This document shows, in pieces, positions 27,377 to 39,233 of a stretch of 64,000 bases of DNA. The stretch comes from Chara braunii (lineage: Eukaryota > Plantae > Charophyceae): contig BFEA01000035.1 in NCBI GenBank assembly GCA_003427395.1, positions 1,062,521 through 1,126,520 of the forward strand. The letters are read 5' to 3'. The notes under the pieces are model-generated. The model had not been told where the DNA came from, did no database searches, and worked only from the letters and a program-made list of their open reading frames with translations. Numbering within the stretch: the first letter of the stretch is position 1; each line of letters opens with the position of its first letter. A program made the position numbers and the translations under genes.

Positions 27377-28687
27377 TTAGTCCTTCATACTGAGGTTCAA
27401 CTGCCTATACAACTGAACCCTAAACCCTTCCTTGTTTTTTCTAACGGGTTTCTCTTCTCTATTAATAAGTTTTTTGTTATCATCCAATCTCACTAGCCCT
27501 TTTCCCTCATCAACCTTGAACTTTGGGCAATTTTCCCTCAAATGCACTCCCTTCATACAGTACCAGCACAACTTATTTTCCTCCTCTTTTGTTCTCTTGG
27601 CAGGAGATGGAACGAGTGGAGATATCATCCCCATCTCACTTCTTACTTCCCCCATCTCAGAACAATGTCTCTTTTTACTAATCCTCGATTCGCATTCATT
27701 TTGAGAGGATTTTTCAACTTCTTCATATGTCATTGGCTCAATACGTTCATTGGCAGCGGCTGAAGTGATGACAATAGACTGATTGTCGCTCTCCCTTGTC
27801 TGCCCTAATATCGCTTTGTCAGCCCCACCCGAACTCTGCCCTGGTGCTAGAAGTGCCCCTGCAACACTCTTGATCTTAAACCCTAGCTCGCTTTTCCATT
27901 CAATAATCTTGGTAGGCGCCTCTGCTCCTCCTGCCTGACTGACCGTCTTAAAATCTTCCACCTTCTTCTCCATTTTCTTCCACCTCTCCTCCCATTTCTT
28001 ACTCTCCTTCTTTCTTCCTCTTTTCTTAGACTCCATTTCCCTTTTCTGCTCACTAATCTTTCCCTCCAACTTGCCAACCTCCTTCTCTAACTTTTTTCGT
28101 TCAACTCTCTCTTTTTCCACTTCCTTGTTTTTGTTGCTCAAGGCAATGTTTAATGATTCCACCTGCTGCTTGAACCCCTTTTGTTCTTCCTTCACTTTGC
28201 TTACTTCAGCCTTCATGCTTTCCACCTCCTCTCCCATCTTTTCCATATGCACGTCCCTGTTTTTTTTTTTCTTCCTCAATCTCTGAATTTCTTTTAGGAT
28301 TTCAGGAACGTGACTCGCCACTCCTTGAGTGAGCAATTCGATTTTCTCTTTCACTCTGTCTTGAAGTTCTCTTATTGAAACCTGCAGCCCTTCTGTCTTG
28401 TCATCTCTTCTTTTACCCCCTTCTACTTCCTCCAACTTCTTAGTCATTTCTACATTTCCCTCAAGAAGCCATTCACAGTCATCCCGAAACATTTCATGCA
28501 AACTGATCAACCTGTCCATATCTGACGCCAACTTTGAGTCGCTGATCAGTTCAAACAATAAAACCCTTTCAAGCCTCATACTCCAAGGGGCATCTGCTGA
28601 CAATTCATTTCCTTCCATTGTCGCGACCATTTGGTTTCTCCATTTCTTATTTGCTTTTTCCGTCTCTTCTCTTTCTTCCTCGGCCAT
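27377..28687 (-). CDS. Coiled-coil protein with a C-terminal CCHC zinc knuckle (C-terminal part of the extra Gag-like ORF downstream of integrase)
   Basis: 436 aa intact frame; long E/K-rich heptad region; CWYCMKGVHLRENC = CX2CX4HX4C. Confidence 0.7.
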   Translation of the reverse strand: MAEEEREETEKANKKWRNQMVATMEGNELSADAPWSMRLERVLLFELISDSKLASDMDRLISLHEMFRDDCEWLLEGNVEMTKKLEEVEGGKRRDDKTEGLQVSIRELQDRVKEKIELLTQGVASHVPEILKEIQRLRKKKKNRDVHMEKMGEEVESMKAEVSKVKEEQKGFKQQVESLNIALSNKNKEVEKERVERKKLEKEVGKLEGKISEQKREMESKKRGRKKESKKWEERWKKMEKKVEDFKTVSQAGGAEAPTKIIEWKSELGFKIKSVAGALLAPGQSSGGADKAILGQTRESDNQSIVITSAAANERIEPMTYEEVEKSSQNECESRISKKRHCSEMGEVRSEMGMISPLVPSPAKRTKEEENKLCWYCMKGVHLRENCPKFKVDEGKGLVRLDDNKKLINREEKPVRKNKEGFRVQLYRQLNLSMKD

Positions 28688-29089
28688 TCTCCTTGACCCC
28701 TGTTCCTTAACAGGGATCTATGATGCTACCATCCTAGTCTCTCTTTCCACTTGATTCACCTCTTTTTCCTTTTTTTCACCCTTCTCCATGTGCTTCTTCT
28801 CCTCTCCCATCTCCTCCTTGTCCTTCTTCCCTTCTTCCTCCTTCTCCTTGTTCTTCTTCTCCTTTTCCTTCTTCCCCTTGCCCTACTTTTTCTCCATGCA
28901 TTTTTTTTTTTTTTTGTACCTTTGCAACTTTGCTCGATGACCTACTCCCTCTCTGAGGTGCTTTCCTTATCCTATCAAACACTTGTTTGAGAGGCACAAC
29001 ATCTTCGTCAATCGCTTGTAAAATCCTCCTTCCAAGTCTCTCCCCTCTTCTTCCTATCCACAATCCTTGCTCTTAAAGTGATTATTTTT

Positions 29090-29542
29090 TCTTCTGTCGT
29101 TGCACAATCAGGGGGTAGGTTTTTCTAAATTTGACAAGAAAACCTCCCCAAGTATCTTATTCTTCCTTTATCATTTTCATATTCTCATATTCCCCGGGGA
29201 CCATCCTTTCCATCACCAGCTACATCTTCTCCTCCTCCTTCCATCCTCTCTTCTCCGCGCAAAGGTCAATGCTATCCTAAAAATCCCCCACATTAGTACC
29301 ATCAAAGATAATGTCATCCTCGATTTCATCCCTCCTTAAGTCTCCATACTTTACCCACATCTCTGTCTTGAAGGTCAACCATCCCAGGCAGTCCGAGGCC
29401 ATCTCTTCAATCATCTTCTTACACTTCCTCAATCCTGTCACTTTGAGTAACATGGTTGGAGTATCCCACTCCCTCCTGAAGCATAATCCTCAAACTTCCT
29501 CAGAAACAACCTCAAATTGTCTCCCTTTTTGTAAACTGGCAT
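29090..29542 (-). pseudogene. Two tandem Gag capsid-like helical domains (N-terminal part of the extra ORF)
   Basis: Manual translation: MPVYKKGDNLRLFLRKFEDYA/FRREW...WLTFKTEMWVKYGD, then IFDGTNVGDF*DSIDLCAEKRGWKEEEKM*...TWGGFLVKFRKTY; one frameshift and 3 stops. Confidence 0.6.
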
Positions 29543-29829
29543 CCCATCTGAATCCTTTGTCACCCGCTGTAACCTTTATCGTCCTTCCCTGCCAGAAGTT
29601 GGCCTGGAAGGGTCCGCCACCCCCCCTTTCTGTGTTATTGTCGCTCCTCCCACAGAATTATGTCTGCACATAAAAAAGAAAGAAGGGGGTGACTGACACA
29701 AAAAGGTGTTAGCAGTTGGATAACAATATCAGATTTGCAAGGATGCTTAGCACAAGGTATTTTAAAGGGGATCAAGTTGTTTTAACTTCAAGTTTTTTAC
29801 TGACTCATCTCATGTCTCGTTCTGAATTT

Positions 29830-30900
29830 CTTCAACCTGGATCTAGAAACCTAGTCCCGTCTTGGTGTTCCATCAAATTTTTCCAGCTCATAGGCCCCAT
29901 GATTCCCCTGACGTCGAACTCTGTATGGTCCCAACCATCTTTTGTCCAGCTTCCTTGACCATTGTTTTTCCAAGGATGAGTCATACAACAGTACCTCATC
30001 CCCGATTGCCAATGGTTCGATCCGGACGTGAGGAAGCTGGTCCCGCTTTTCTTTGTCCTTTCCACGACTGTCAGCCACCTTCTCGACCGCTTCTTGAATC
30101 CTCTCTTCCGTGACATTGATCTGCCTTGCTCTGATGTCAAGTACCTCTTCGAGTGATATGTTGTTTTCAAGATTCTGTCTCCGCCAGGTCTTCAGGAAAC
30201 TTTATATTAGGAAAGTGGCGTGTTTTCCATATCACAAGGTCGCAAAGGCATAGACTGTGGTTCTCCTGACCGTGATATTTTCAATGAAAAACACCGTCCG
30301 TAGGAATTTAGGCCATAAATTTGGTTCCCCATCGGTTCATTTTGCGTGTAAATTTGTGATGATACTGTGTCCTTTTTCCACCGGTGCGTTAGCTTGAGGA
30401 TGTGCTCTGGTCGTATACTTTGCGATTACTCAGAGATCATCCAACAACTCTTTAACTTCTCCACATGTAAATTCCGATCCTCTATCCATCGTAAATTCCA
30501 CCACGAAGGGATATCAGAGGTAGTACTCTTTGATGCACTCGGCCAAGACAACCCCAGTCTTGGTCCGGATGATTTTTCCATCAACAAATCCCATAAGATT
30601 ATCTCTAACATCAAAGATATAATTGTATCCTCTAAGCCCCAGTGACATTGCCAGTATATCCAAATGGACTACCGTTCCTACATCCTTGATATACCTCGGG
30701 TGTAGAGGTTCCTTATACCTGATCGGAGATCTGACTTGGCAAGGCACGCACGACTCATAGTACTTTCGAAGCATCCCGTACATACAATCTCAAAAGTACA
30801 GCTCAGACACTTTTCTGAGGGTAGTGACAAAACTCTTGTGACCACCTACATGCCCATCATGGAGGACAGCTATGACGTCAATCTGCTGATTCCTGCCACA
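29830..30900 (-). pseudogene. Integrase (HHCC zinc finger, core, GPY/F)
   Basis: LHDGHVGGH...CVPCQ; VHLDIL; DRGSEF-like core; LDKRWLGPYRV. Confidence 0.9.
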
Positions 30901-31551
30901 GATGACTCTTCTAGGAGGTCCCCTTTCATCCTTGATGAAGAGATTGACACCCTTTACTACATAGTGGTCTTTCATGCGGAGAGTCTTCTCGCTTACTTCT
31001 CTTTCTCGCTTGTTGTCGGAGAGAAGGAGCCCCATCTCTAGATGAAACCCATCGTACTTTTTTTTCCGGAAATTTTTGGAGATCTCACCTTGTTCAAGCT
31101 CTTTTCCTTCCATCTCCTCATCAAACTCAGGGTCGTTTCCCAATACTATCTCATCCGCTTTTACCATCTTTCCTTCACTCTCGGTCCGGATTTGCAGGAG
31201 AGAGTTGACAAGGTAATATACTCTCCCTATCGTCAATAAGTGCTGATCCATTTGCCTTGTTCTTGCATCAATCGTAACAGGTTCGTCTGTCAACCTGTAA
31301 CTTTTAGCTGAGGCTAGCATCGCCATCTATTCCCCATTCCTTTCTCCCCACGGGTCTTCTTCGACAAAAGACTTTAATATCAACTTTTCGTTCTTCACAA
31401 AAGTCGTCGGTGCGAACCACATAGGTTTTCTTTTCTGTACCCCCTTATCATCGACTCTCAAAGCCCATGCATTAACATGAAGCTGCATATCGTCCTCATC
31501 CAAGAATCCGTCTACCGGCAGCGTCTCTTCCGTAACCTCTCCAGGCTTTTC

Positions 31552-31950
31552 TCACTCTATCCTGCTCAACCCATCTGCCATGTTCTTATTCCCAGGAATA
31601 TGTTCCAACTCAAAGTCAAACATCCAGATGTAGGTGAGCCATCTGGCAACTGTAGGATCAACTGGAGAGAAGTTGCTGAGGGAATACATGAGAGCGGTCA
31701 GGTCTATCCTTAGAACAAATCTTCTCCCAAAGAGATAATGTCTAAAGATCCGTAGGCAGCGTAATACCGCCAAAGCCTCCTTCTTGAATTGAGAGTAATT
31801 CCCTTCAGTATAATTGAGGGTGCGACTCTCAAAACGAAAAGGTCTCTCCTTCCCTTCATGATCAGTCTATACCAAGACTCCTCCCAAGGCAGTGCATCCG
31901 ACATCAGTTTGTATAATGAAGGGACGTTCTACGATAGCTTCGTTGTCCGG
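31552..31950 (-). pseudogene. RNase H of Ty3/Gypsy pol
   Basis: RPFIIQTDVG..ALGGVL; RFESRTLN; AVLRCLRIFRHYLFGRRF; FELEHIPGNKNMADGLSR. Confidence 0.9.
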
Positions 31951-32074
31951 AACCCTAAGTACAAGACCTCCTTCCTTAAATTCCTTATTCAAGTCCTTTA
32001 CCACCTGCTCCTGCTTCTCTCCCCATTCCCATTTCTGATTCTTCCTTACTAACTTCCTTGCGTGTTCAGTCTTA

Positions 32075-33866
32075 GTGACAAACCTCTTGATGAATATCCT
32101 CAAGAACCCTCATGTCCCAAGGAAACATCTCACCTCACTTATGTTCCAGAATTGTGTCGGTCACTCAAGAATTTTGTTTGTTTTCTTGGTGTTTGGACGA
32201 CAACCTTGGTCATTACATACAAATCATAGAATAGTGGCTTCCCTCATGCAGTGCCTGGATTTCGCGCCACTTGCCGTGAGGTTGTGTTCTTGCAAGAGAT
32301 CAAGCACTTTCTTGAGATTATTAACATGATCACACACAGACTTTATAATGTTCGGTTCAATCTCTTGCTCATCCTTCATCATCGGTCCCTTTACTGCAAG
32401 ATCATCGATATAGGGTTCGATGATCTGTGGGCTAATTGGCTGCATTACCCTGACCATACTCCTTTGCACCGTGGCTACTGCATTTGTCCATCCTTGGGGT
32501 GCCACATTCATGTGGATCAGTCCCTAGGAGTGTACATTGCAGTTAGCGGCCTATTGGCCGGATAAACTGAAAATTCGTCATAACCAAAGTAGAGGTCTAT
32601 GATTGAGATAATAGATCTCCCTGCACATGCCTCAGAGAGCTAATCAGCGTTGGGGAACCTTTCAATATCCCTAACAATCATAACATTCAATCTCAGTAAA
32701 TCTTGCACCCACTTGAGTACCCTATTCGGCTTAAACCACCAGTACTACCCCCACTGTTGAGAAATTACGTGATGCTAGCCAATACCCGAACTTTTCGGGG
32801 TGCGACAGGGTCCACAATGTCCCATAAATCTGAATTTTATAGTGATGGAAAAAGGAAAAAAAACAAATGTTTTCTCTACTGCAATGATGTCGGGCTGGGT
32901 AGTCCAGGAGGCCGTGCTCACAATCTTCCTCCACAGAATGCACCTTACTGATAAGGCGGTCACATTCTGAATGTTACTGTTTTTATTTTTTTGTTGGCCG
33001 TGTGTTTCTTATGAGTCCCCTGTCCGTGAATTGTTCAAGCTGTCCGTGATCTGCTCAAGCTGTGTTTTGTTAGAGGATTGTAAGGCTCATCACATTAACA
33101 CTGAGGATAATGTATCCAACCATTTTCACGACCAAATCCATGTGCCCGTTTTTTTTCCATTTTATTCTCTTTTTGGAATCTGATAACATGGTCACGAGGT
33201 TGAGATGCCCTCATTGAGGGCACACTCACACTACCATTTCCAAAAATGTATACAACTGCAATCACGGCCAAAACTTTTTTTTTTTTTTTTTTTCTGAAGT
33301 TTACGACCGCAACTTTTCTTCTTCTTTTTTGTTTTATTTTTGTTCTTTCCGTGAGAGTACCAAAAAGAAAACGAAGTGGTACCCAAACCCGGCAAAACTC
33401 GGAGCGCAGTGAAATTCAGGGTCGGCAAAAACAGACTTGGAGGTACTGGTGGTTTAATAAAACAAAACCATGGTGAAGCATACGGCCCACTAAAATTTTT
33501 TGCCACGTGCGAGCCAATCTTTCCTTCGAGATATTCCACCACTCTCCTCTGATCATCCGGGTTTGGGTACCTGACTCCTCTAATATTCCAAGGCTGGTGT
33601 GAGACCGTATGGATTCAAATCATTCCTACCTTATCTATATCTAACCTCCCTCTCTGATCATCATTAAAGGCATAGGCACAATGCTTCTCCTTCATCAAGC
33701 ATACAACCAATGCCCTTTCCTGCTTAGTTAGGAACCCAGACTCCCAAATGATAAGGTTCTTTTCCGTCTCTTTGTTGATACGACAATCTTCTTCCACCCA
33801 CTTTTTTTGCATTTGCCTTATCAGTTTTCTTTCTTGCTCATGGTACATGCTCTCCTCGTGAGTCAC
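32075..33866 (-). pseudogene. Reverse transcriptase, interrupted by a TTAA element
   Basis: SGPYASPWFCFIK|PNRVLKWVQDL; IDLYFGYD; PQGWTNAVA; PYIDDLAV. Confidence 0.93.
32735..33453. mobile_element. 719 bp non-autonomous TIR element with TTAA TSD (piggyBac- or Kolobok-like)
   Basis: TIR accaccagtac / gtactggtggt; TTAA at 32731-32734 and 33454-33457; removing the element plus one TTAA restores RT frame WFCFIKPNRVLKWVQDL. Confidence 0.88.
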
Positions 33867-34183
33867 GAATACCAGGACCGAATGACTTTTTTTGTCTATT
33901 GTCTTGTACCTCTTTTTTCCTCCCTGCTTGAGCCCACTCCTAAAAAATGTTGGCCGCTTGCTGGAGCATACGGCCCTTGCATCCTTACTTCACGAGCGGG
34001 TGGTCTATATACTAAGTCCATTCTCCCACCTTCGAGGTATTCGTGCAACCTGTCAGCCAACGCCTGTATGGATTCAGGTTCTGCCATCTCATAGGCTGAG
34101 ACCATGCACATTGCCTGACCTATGTTAGCCAAATTCAAAGTCAGTCCCTCACTCTCTTCACCCTCGTCTTCCGCATCTGATCC

Positions 34184-34525
34184 CTATTCCGTATTCTTAC
34201 ACGTGATTACTTCGAAATTCCCGCATGCCGGATCGCACAATATCACGAACATAGTCCCATCATGCTTATTCATGATGAGGACTTCTGATCGTGACAAAAA
34301 GGACCTCCCCAGCAATATGGGAAGATCCAGACTCGACATGATATAGAAGCAGGAACGGATCTTAAGCCGCCTTACGTCCACGATAATGTTTGAAGCAACG
34401 CCTGTATATCCTAACTTTCCACTGACCCCATTGAGGTACCTACAATCACTTTTATAAATCTCTAGCCCCAACCTCTCAACTGTCTCCGAATTCATAATAT
34501 TCATTTCTGCCCCAATATTTACCAT
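34184..34525 (-). pseudogene. Retroviral-type aspartic protease
   Basis: MVNIGAEMNIM (D[TS]GA motif with Asp to Asn) and PILLGRSFL. Confidence 0.85.
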
Positions 34526-34569
34526 CCCATGGCATCTTCTTCCTCCGATATTGACGTCGATGGACCCTG

Positions 34570-36989
34570 TCCCTAGAGATTTTCAATCCATCTTACTTCC
34601 TGCGATCGTCCAATTTGCCTCTTTGGAAATCAAATCTCCCAACCTTACTGTTGCCACTCTCTTTCTCGCCAATTTCGCCTTAACCAATTCCCTGAGCTTC
34701 GGGGCCGTTGCCAAAATCTCCTTCAGGTTTAACAACTCGTTTTGTCCGTCAAGAAGCTTATTCACCAAATTCTCAAAGTCTACCCCTTCTTCAATAGATG
34801 TTTGGTATTTTCATTTTTTCTTTAACTTTTTTCCGACCTTTTATTTCCCTTTCTTAATCCCCCGTTTTCGTTTTTTGGCCCTCTATCCTTGATTTCTTCG
34901 CATATACCCATCATCCTGGTGTTTTGTCTCCATCTTATCTATTAGGTCTTCCATCCTTCCCGTGGTCTCCTTTGCTGACTCTCTACTTGCTCCTTTTTCT
35001 CCTGGTTTCGAGCTCGACCAACGGAGCATCCTCCTCCTCCAGGCCTATTCTCAGCCCTTCCCGCAGCTGCTCACCTAGTTCGGTCACATCCTCTATTCTG
35101 ATCACTGGGTATTCCTTTTCTTGCCATATCCGGAACATGGCGGGGGCACTGGGCCCGAGCCCAACAACCCTGAGCGTCTCCTTCCTTGTGCCTCCGGGGA
35201 TGTTAGGATCAATAAGGGTCCCTCACTTATCGAATACATCCTCATCAATACTTGACGTAATTATCCCATTCTGCTTGTCCATCTTTCTACCATGACATCT
35301 CTTCACAATCCCTGACCATTCCACTGTCCATCACTTCTTCCAAACTCTCTGCCATAGTTCTGGTTATAGCCCTGACCATAGCCCTGACTGTATCCTTGGT
35401 TATACCCCTGACCAACTTGATTAAAGCTTACCTGATTATAGTTTTCCAACTGAGGTACTCCCTGATTGCCCCAGTTCCCGCCTTGTCTGCCATTTCCTCT
35501 TCCTGCAAACCCTCTTCCTCCTTGACTATTTCCTCGTCCTCCGTTCCTACGTCTACTTTGCTTTTGTCTGTGTCCTTGCCTCTGAAACTGATTCTGATTT
35601 TGATTATCGGGCGGTTGTTGAGTCTATTGTCGCAGACTTCCACTCGTTCCTCGTCCTTGTGTTTGTCCTGCTCCTCCTCCCGCTCCTTGCATTTGGGGCA
35701 GATTTGGATACAGGCCTATTTTACCAAAACCAGACCATTGATTCCATGGGTAAAATCCGGGCCATGCCCCCATAGGAGCTACAACTGGCCATGGGGCGAG
35801 TTGGGCTGTTGGAGCCGGCCTTTATGAAACGTAGGGTACCACAACCTGTTAAGAGCCCTGCCCTTTTCCAACACCTTGTTTGCCTTGACTACTTGCTCAG
35901 GCTCTTCCTCCTCTTTTTCCTTGGCCCCACCATTTTCTTCCCCATATCTCCTTTTGTTTGTTACTTGACCAACTGCCACCACCTTTCCTGGTGCCATTTG
36001 TTCCTTCATTTCCTTGAGTTGGGTCACTACACTTCTCAAAACCCCTCCTAAAGCTGAATCCGCTCCCTAAATAACACTCACTTCGTTCCTTTTCTTCCTC
36101 TTCATCTTTTACTTGATGGTGGAATACCTGATCCAGGTCTCCAGATGTCATTCTTGGTTTTCTTCTGGGCCACTTTTGCCTTGACTACTTGCTCAGGCTC
36201 TTCCTCCTCTTTTTCCGTGGCCCCATCATTTTCTTCCCCATATCTCCTTTTGTTTGTTACTTGACCAACTGCCACCACCTTTCCTGGTATCATTTGTTCC
36301 TTTATTTCCTTGAGTTGGGTCATTACACTTCTCAAAACCCCTCCTAAAGTTGAATCCGCTCCCTGAATAACACTCACTTCGTTCCTTTTCTTCCGCTCCA
36401 TCTTTACTTGATGGTGGAATGCCTGATCCAGGTCTCCAGATGCCAAGTTCCTTTTTATCGTCTCCCATGACGTCTTTCTATCTGGCGCACCTCCACGTGT
36501 TAGTTCCATCACCTCATCCCCCGAGAAATTTCCCAAGAAAATGACACACTGCATTTCCTCGGAAAGTCCTGGGACTTTCTCCGCGATCTTTTCAAAAGCC
36601 GTTGCGAATGCTCCTATCGTAGTAAAATTATTTCGATTCAAGTTATGAACCTGATCAACTGTCAATAATCCATCTCCCAATTTATACTTTCGCTGCATTC
36701 CCTTCTTAAAATTGGTCCAGTCCCCTTGGACATTTGTCACAAAATTTTCGATTTCCGGACGAAACTCCCACCATACATATTCAAACAACTGAACAAACTT
36801 CTTGACTGACGTTAGTTGATTAAAAACTTGCTCAAGTTACTCTAGCCAGTGGGACACCCATTTTCCTTTGAAATATAATATCTCTATTCTCGACAGTTGC
36901 GACCTTTTGATTGCTCTATTTTTCAGTATCCCCACGATTTCGGCGGCCGTAATAGATCCCTGTCCTCCGTTTCTATTGGCGTCTCCCAT
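34570..36989 (-). pseudogene. gag (capsid, linker, DUF4100-like region)
   Basis: ATG at 36989 in frame with 36102-36788 (FEYVWWEFRPEI...DWTNFKKGMQRKY); EILATAPKLRELVK before PR; disrupted. Confidence 0.8.
35880..36445. repeat. ~296 bp tandem duplication within gag
   Basis: gccttgactacttgctcaggctcttcc at 35882 and 36178, near-identical units. Confidence 0.9.
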
Positions 36990-37289
36990 CTTTCCCACAA
37001 TACTCAGTCAATTTGTTTTGCACACGCAAAAACGACGGGTTTTTATGTTACTTTTCAACTTTCTCATTCTCTTCTCTTTTTAGGTTCTTGTCTTGGGTTT
37101 TTTCCCATCCCAAGACACAATCCAAGACCCATCCAGCCCACAGTTCTAACTACTTTACACGTTTCCTTCCTTACTCCTATCCCATCTTCCCTTTTTCCCT
37201 TGACATTAATTGATATATACTAGTCTCCCGATTTTGCATGCCCCAATCACTATCCCTATCTTACCTAAATGAGCGGGTCGAGTCCTCTG

Positions 37290-38206
37290 TCACATGGCAA
37301 AAACGGGATTGGTTCTAACCTTCCATTCGAATAAACTCTGGTTCCCTTACCAACCTACCCTTCCAATTTCTTCTGTGGATATCCAGTTCCCCGTCCAGGA
37401 GTCATACACCATACCGAACATTATAGGGATACCGTCAGTACACGCCTTGTTCTTTACCTCGACCTTAAGTTCTTCCAATAAGTCTGCCTTGGTTCCATAA
37501 AGTGGACACGGACGTATGCATCTACCGTTGACAAAATTTCCTCAAAACCTTTGTCAGCCAATTCTGGTCCCATTTCTAAATATAGGCAGTAAAGGGTCTG
37601 AGGCGTAAAAAAATTGTATCCTCCCAGAGGTACGGCTACGGCAGCCAGAGCTGCTTGTTCCACATTAGCTTGACCGTGGAAGACCTCATCAATGATAAAG
37701 TCAGGAAGAGTAGTCTTTATGTAGTCAGTGGGATAAACAAAGTCCGACGTCCATCTCGCTTCTATCATTGGTATATTTGGCCGGAATTTCCTCCAACTCG
37801 CCTCATGAATTTTATTCCCAAGAATTGCCCGTGTAGTCAGGATATACCTGGACAGGGGTTGACTATGTCCTACTGCCAAGTCTATGCCGTGCATTCTCTA
37901 CAAGTGTGAAGACAGATACAAGGTTGTCCGAAGTATTATGCTCTCTCTGTCCAGAGTGTGCCCAATTTCTACCCACACGAACGCTTCGGGCCCAATCGAG
38001 GCGCCCCACCATGCCGTGATTTCTTCCTCCCTCTCACTAATGCCCTGTGGCAACGACATCCTCCATCCCTGGCGGGTTCTGATTGGCAGGTCAACCCCAA
38101 CTCTCTGACCGGCGTATGACATCTTGAGTGACCTCTGGTAGCCGGAGTGGTACAAGACAAAAAGACACACGTAACACCTATGTGTAAGTCTGATTACTGG
38201 AGGCAT
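37290..38206 (-). pseudogene. Unknown extra ORF upstream of gag, paralog A
   Basis: ORFs 37898-38206 and 37454-37894 share a frame (one stop); homologous to 38470-39233. Confidence 0.7.
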
Positions 38207-38469
38207 ATCCCTTCTCCTTGTATTTAATAATTCGAATTCTCTTTCTTAACCCCACTCGAGGCAACATCGTCTTAGTCTAGGGCTCTTCATGTTATACCCT
38301 TTCCTTCATATGACCCCCATTCATTACTCCTTCCTTCTTTGGCTACTTTGACAGACGAATGTCTTCCTTCAATTTTCTCATCCTTCCCTTTTTGCCCCTC
38401 ATGTTCTCATATCCTCTCTGCACCATGCCCCATTATTTTTAGAATACAAATCTCATCTCTTCTTCTTTC

Positions 38470-39233
38470 ATTTCGCTCGCCGTCACCCAATGCCCAGTTC
38501 AAAAATTATAAACCAAACCGAACATATTGGGAATACCATCCACACAGATCCCCGTACAAATCTCCTCCTTCAACTTTTCCCAATACCCAAAATTTTCCTC
38601 TATAAAATAAATCCGGGCATATGCATCTATGATTGACAAAATGTTGCAATTTTTTTTTCCAACCAATTCGGGGCCCATCTCCATGTATAAGCAATAGATC
38701 ATATGCGGGGTGGAGAAATCGTACCCCCTATTAGGTACCCTCAGAGCAGCTTCGGCGGCCTACTCAACCCTCGCTTGACTATTAAACGCCTCACTGGCAA
38801 TAAAATCGGGGAGCGTGGTTCAAATGTAGCGGATGGGAAGAACAAAGTCCTTAGCCGGTCGCATTTTTACTTCACTCCTAGCCTCTCTTGCATCTTGCCA
38901 TCGATCCCTTCGGCTCCAGACATTGAGGGCGGTTTCCGCCATCCTGGTAAGCTGTCGAAGATATTCTTCCCCTCCTTGAATGAGATCCACTCCATGACCA
39001 TGCGAGAGACGATTTGACAGATAGAGGGTGACTTTTACATTACTGCGTTCTTCTACCGTATCCCAACTCGTGTCTACCCACATAAACGCCTCATTTCCTA
39101 GCGAGTTACCCCACCATGACTCGCCGATTTCCGCTCTGCCTCTTCCTTTTGGCAGTGTCATTTTTAGTCCATCATTGTACCTAATAGGTACCATGACCCT
39201 TGAAACCTGTTTCGCATAAGACATCTTGATCAA
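38470..39233 (-). pseudogene. Unknown extra ORF upstream of gag, paralog B
   Basis: ORFs 38820-39233 and 38499-38702 share a frame; shares KMSYA, WWGxSxGxEAFxWV, TLYLS, TTLPDFI, YCLYxEMGPEL and DGIPxMFGxVY with paralog A. Confidence 0.7.
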
